64,000 nucleotides of DNA from Lingula anatina (taxonomy: Eukaryota > Animalia > Brachiopoda), in NCBI GenBank assembly GCA_051362555.1, contig CM120643.1, positions 992,001 through 1,056,000 of the forward strand, given 5' to 3'. A model generated the notes under the pieces. The model was not told the origin of the DNA, ran no database searches, and worked only from the letters and a program-made list of their open reading frames with translations. A program made the translations under genes and the position numbers. Below are positions 62,841-64,000 of this stretch, piece by piece. How positions within the stretch are numbered: the first letter of the stretch is position 1; each line of letters begins with the position of its first letter.

Positions 62841-64000
62841 CTGATATCTTGAATAGTGCAATCAGGGGCGGACTGAGGCTGGGTTATTAAGTTTACACTG
62901 ACTGGTATCTATCTTTCTGTCATAAGACGGTCAACAATAGAGGGTTTTATCAACAAAGATAAATTGAAAGGCTGTCAGAAAATAACCCTCAATCCGCCCC
63001 TGGTTACTGACAATATATGATAGCTTTACGGAAATTGCCGAAGGCTAAAAAATGCCTTCAAAATTTACTTTTAACAGTAATAATCAAATTCAATCTACGG
63101 ACTCAATCTTCCCACTTTCCTATGTAGTTAGGGAGAATAACGTGAAAAGGAGACTTCGACTGATCTGCCATTACTATATAGATTGTAACACAAGGGTACA
63201 TTTACCAGTGCATTAATCATCTGCAAATATCAACAGCAATGATTACATACAGTTTTCTCGTCATGTTTGCTCACACAACACCTTAGCATTCATTTTGTGT
63301 TAAGATATAGTAATAACTTTTAAAAAGTATATACAAGTAATTTCAAACGGTTTTCACCGAGTTACAGTGTTACTACATGTATGACCACTGTCTCACCCTG
63401 TCTAAGTACAAAGTATGAAAAAACATCTAAATCAGCATCCCGACTTTGACTCTATATACTTAATATTCATCACACATCTGACATTACAATAACACAAGTG
63501 AACAAAGCAAATCGGCAGTGGAATTATGCCTGATAAGGGGTATTTATCAGAATGAGTAATGTAAGATAACATTAAAAATTTAATAAACAAATATAATTTA
63601 ATTTGTCAATAGGTACAGAAAAATTAACTTAATTTAGCAGCCAGCAGATAAAATATTGGTTGATATATTAAGTTAATCATTTTAAAGCTATTGACAAACG
63701 AAAAGCAGCATGGTTATAAAAACATACACTAAATAAAACTGTTCAACCTTATAACTTGATAAGATCAATGGGATATAAAACAACGTGCGCTGGCAGATTC
63801 AGGATAGTAGCAGGTAGTAGACCCATGATGTCATCATTGAAGTGAATATATCGATTTGCAAAAATTCTGGGAATTTAACAGTGCTTTGGATGTGGGTCGG
63901 TTATTTCTCCCCATTTTGTAAAGGACTGATCTTGAGTCCGATATTTTGCCTTGGAAGGAGGAGAGAAATTCTAAGGGCCGATAATATGTATCTGCTAGCG

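Overview
AT-rich genomic DNA from an invertebrate animal (spliceosomal GT-AG introns, animal-type transposon families; species not determinable from sequence). One minus-strand multi-exon gene can be assembled by hand. Its seven coding exons (53141-52781, 43672-43163, 42905-42797, 42698-42548, 22039-21814, 21505-21198, 11804-11658) splice in frame to about 604 aa: a death effector domain (DED)-like region, a TRADD-N-like domain, an acidic linker with a short helical motif, and the G1-G3 part of a dynamin-like (Dynamin_N, BDLP/mitofusin-like) GTPase. I found no G4 or C-terminal exon in the window. The link between the death-fold half and the GTPase half crosses a 20.5 kb intron and is inferred from phase compatibility. 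The rest is intron or flank: a 9 kb 37-bp minisatellite whose unit carries a nuclear-receptor DR1 motif, nested DNA and LTR elements, two Tc1 relics, several LINEs, a Penelope-like element with a minimal hammerhead ribozyme, a Gmr1-type Gypsy relic and several MITEs. All domain and family calls are by eye; no searches were run.
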